In this document: piece after piece, positions 14,617 to 15,827 of the stretch | How positions within the stretch are numbered: the stretch's first letter is position 1 | How the letters are laid out: each line of letters starts with the position of its first letter | NCBI GenBank assembly: GCA_038279365.1 | Contig: JAYODI010000103.1 | Coordinates: forward strand, 1-15,827 | Direction: 5' to 3' | Origin: Candidatus Latescibacterota bacterium | GTDB taxonomy: Bacteria > Latescibacterota > UBA2968 | Length of the DNA stretch: 15,827 nt | Translations under genes and position numbers: made by a program | The notes under the pieces: generated by a model | Seen by the model: only the letters and a program-made list of their open reading frames with translations | Databases searched by the model: none | What the model was told of the DNA's origin: nothing

Positions 14617-14631
14617 GCAAATCAGATGCCA
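14617..14631 (-). promoter_or_regulatory. sigma54 (RpoN) -24/-12 promoter
   Basis: Minus strand TGGCAT-CTGAT-TTGC with exact GG-N10-GC spacing. An AT-rich tract and repeated TGCAC elements lie upstream. Confidence 0.72.
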
Positions 14632-14847
14632 AAACATCTTTTATGACAAGCTTATTTCTATTACATCCCATTCACGACCTGTTACATCAGGGGCAAAATT
14701 CATAAAAACAAGATTTTAAAAAAACAAAAAAACTGTTATGTAAAAAACATTCTTATCCCTCACTAAGATGCATTTCGCAATTTACCCCCCCCCAAAAAAA
14801 TGCACAAAAATGCACAGGCGGGGCACTTGTGCACAGGGGTGCAAAAA

Positions 14848-15827
14848 TTAAATAATGCAATCTATGCGCTGCTCTCCAAATTCCTTAATATATCGCCCTA
14901 CATGCCACCACCCTCTTCTCTGTTTACCCTTCCCCTTTTCTTCACTGAAACCATTTTGCAAATTCTCGTGAGATTCCTCCGCATTACACACTCGCAACGA
15001 CTTCACAACTATGCCTTGTTCTTTGAGTCCGCCCAACAAATTTGGCAATTGCTTTTGGAGTTTATCCACAACTTCACCAACTGAACAGGCTAATTCCCCC
15101 AAGATCGCACCCTTTTTCTGGACCAAGGTTACACGAATCAAACCAAGTCTTTCATCACGAACAGCAAATGTAATAGTGGTATCAGGGATGGCAGAAATGG
15201 TTTTGGTTTTTTTTATGACAACATCAGACAACGCTAATATATCTGAAGATATTATATTTGTTTTCCGAAGCGCCTCCTCAGAATAAGTGGGGAGATGGTT
15301 TGAAAGTAATGGTTCTACTTCCCTGCGAATATCCGGAGGCATGACATAATCAGATTTTAAATGCTCAAAAACGCTTTGAGCATCCCAAACCCTTTGAGAA
15401 CCACCAGCAAGGCCATCCCCCTCCCTATCACCCTGGCCATAAAAAACAGCATCATTTGCCCCCTCCCCAAGCTGTACCTTAAGATTTTTTTTTGTTTGGA
15501 ACTCAGTACCTTGTTCCCCAAAACCCAAATCCTCTTCGATTTTATTTTCATTCACACCTACATCTTCTGGTGCACTCAGCATAAAAATATCTTCTTTTGT
15601 TTTCATTAATCCAAAACCAATAGCCTGCACCTCTCCAACTTCCTCTTCTCTTTGTGTTTTTGCTTTTTCTGCAGCATTGCCCCAATGCTTGCCTCCTGAC
15701 AACCAAGACCTGTCTACGTCGCCACTACGTGCGAGGTCACTGCCTTCACTCTCAGCCTCAACAACAGCCTTCGCCTGCACCTCTCCAACTTCCTCTTCTC
15801 TTTGTGTTTTTGCTTTTTCTGCAGCAT
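14848..15827 (-). CDS. fliK: Flagellar hook-length control protein FliK-like, 3' part (frame open to the window edge)
   Basis: C-terminal T3S4-like segment TITFAVRDERLGLIRVTLVQKKGAILGEL...KLQKQLPNLLGGLKEQGIVVKSLRV, preceded by a long acidic low-complexity region. No in-frame stop between 15780 and 15825. Confidence 0.65.
   Translation of the reverse strand, partial: AAEKAKTQREEEVGEVQAKAVVEAESEGSDLARSGDVDRSWLSGGKHWGNAAEKAKTQREEEVGEVQAIGFGLMKTKEDIFMLSAPEDVGVNENKIEEDLGFGEQGTEFQTKKNLKVQLGEGANDAVFYGQGDREGDGLAGGSQRVWDAQSVFEHLKSDYVMPPDIRREVEPLLSNHLPTYSEEALRKTNIISSDILALSDVVIKKTKTISAIPDTTITFAVRDERLGLIRVTLVQKKGAILGELACSVGEVVDKLQKQLPNLLGGLKEQGIVVKSLRVCNAEESHENLQNGFSEEKGKGKQRRGWWHVGRYIKEFGEQRIDCII
15623..15827. 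repeat. Exact 55-bp direct repeat, 150-bp period (50 aa), inside the fliK-like gene
   Basis: 15623-15677 is identical to 15773-15827 and encodes AAEKAKTQREEEVGEVQA. The second copy runs to the window end. Confidence 0.95.

Noticed and set aside
14765-14775. AAGATGCATTT, matching an NsrR half-site and tempting given the NO-sensing context
   Set aside because: Only one half-site, in AT-rich DNA, far from the operon promoter, and no Rrf2 regulator is in view.

Overview
Bacterial chromosomal region, mostly on the minus strand, from a flagellated and moderately AT-rich organism. Its core is a tightly packed minus-strand signalling operon (13693->5523): REC-GAF, a FapA/DUF342 flagellar assembly protein with a duplicated N-terminal module, REC-HDOD, an HnoC-like HTH-REC regulator, an H-NOX gas-sensor gene split by one extra A in an A8 run, an HnoK-like PAS histidine kinase and a REC-histidine kinase. 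An Eis-like GNAT follows. The H-NOX network here has no c-di-GMP enzyme and appears wired to flagellar assembly instead. Flanking genes are cysK, a large YcgR/PilZ-like protein and the 3' part of a FliK-like gene with a 150-bp-period repeat. There are five small (59-84 aa) orphan ORFs with good RBSs. Two of them share a clear sequence motif and two sit directly behind near-consensus sigma54 or sigma28 promoters. A second sigma54 promoter appears to drive a ~120-nt structured small RNA or attenuated leader. A 7-bp microsatellite abuts the first sigma54 promoter. All calls come from visual motif recognition; no database search or folding computation was run.
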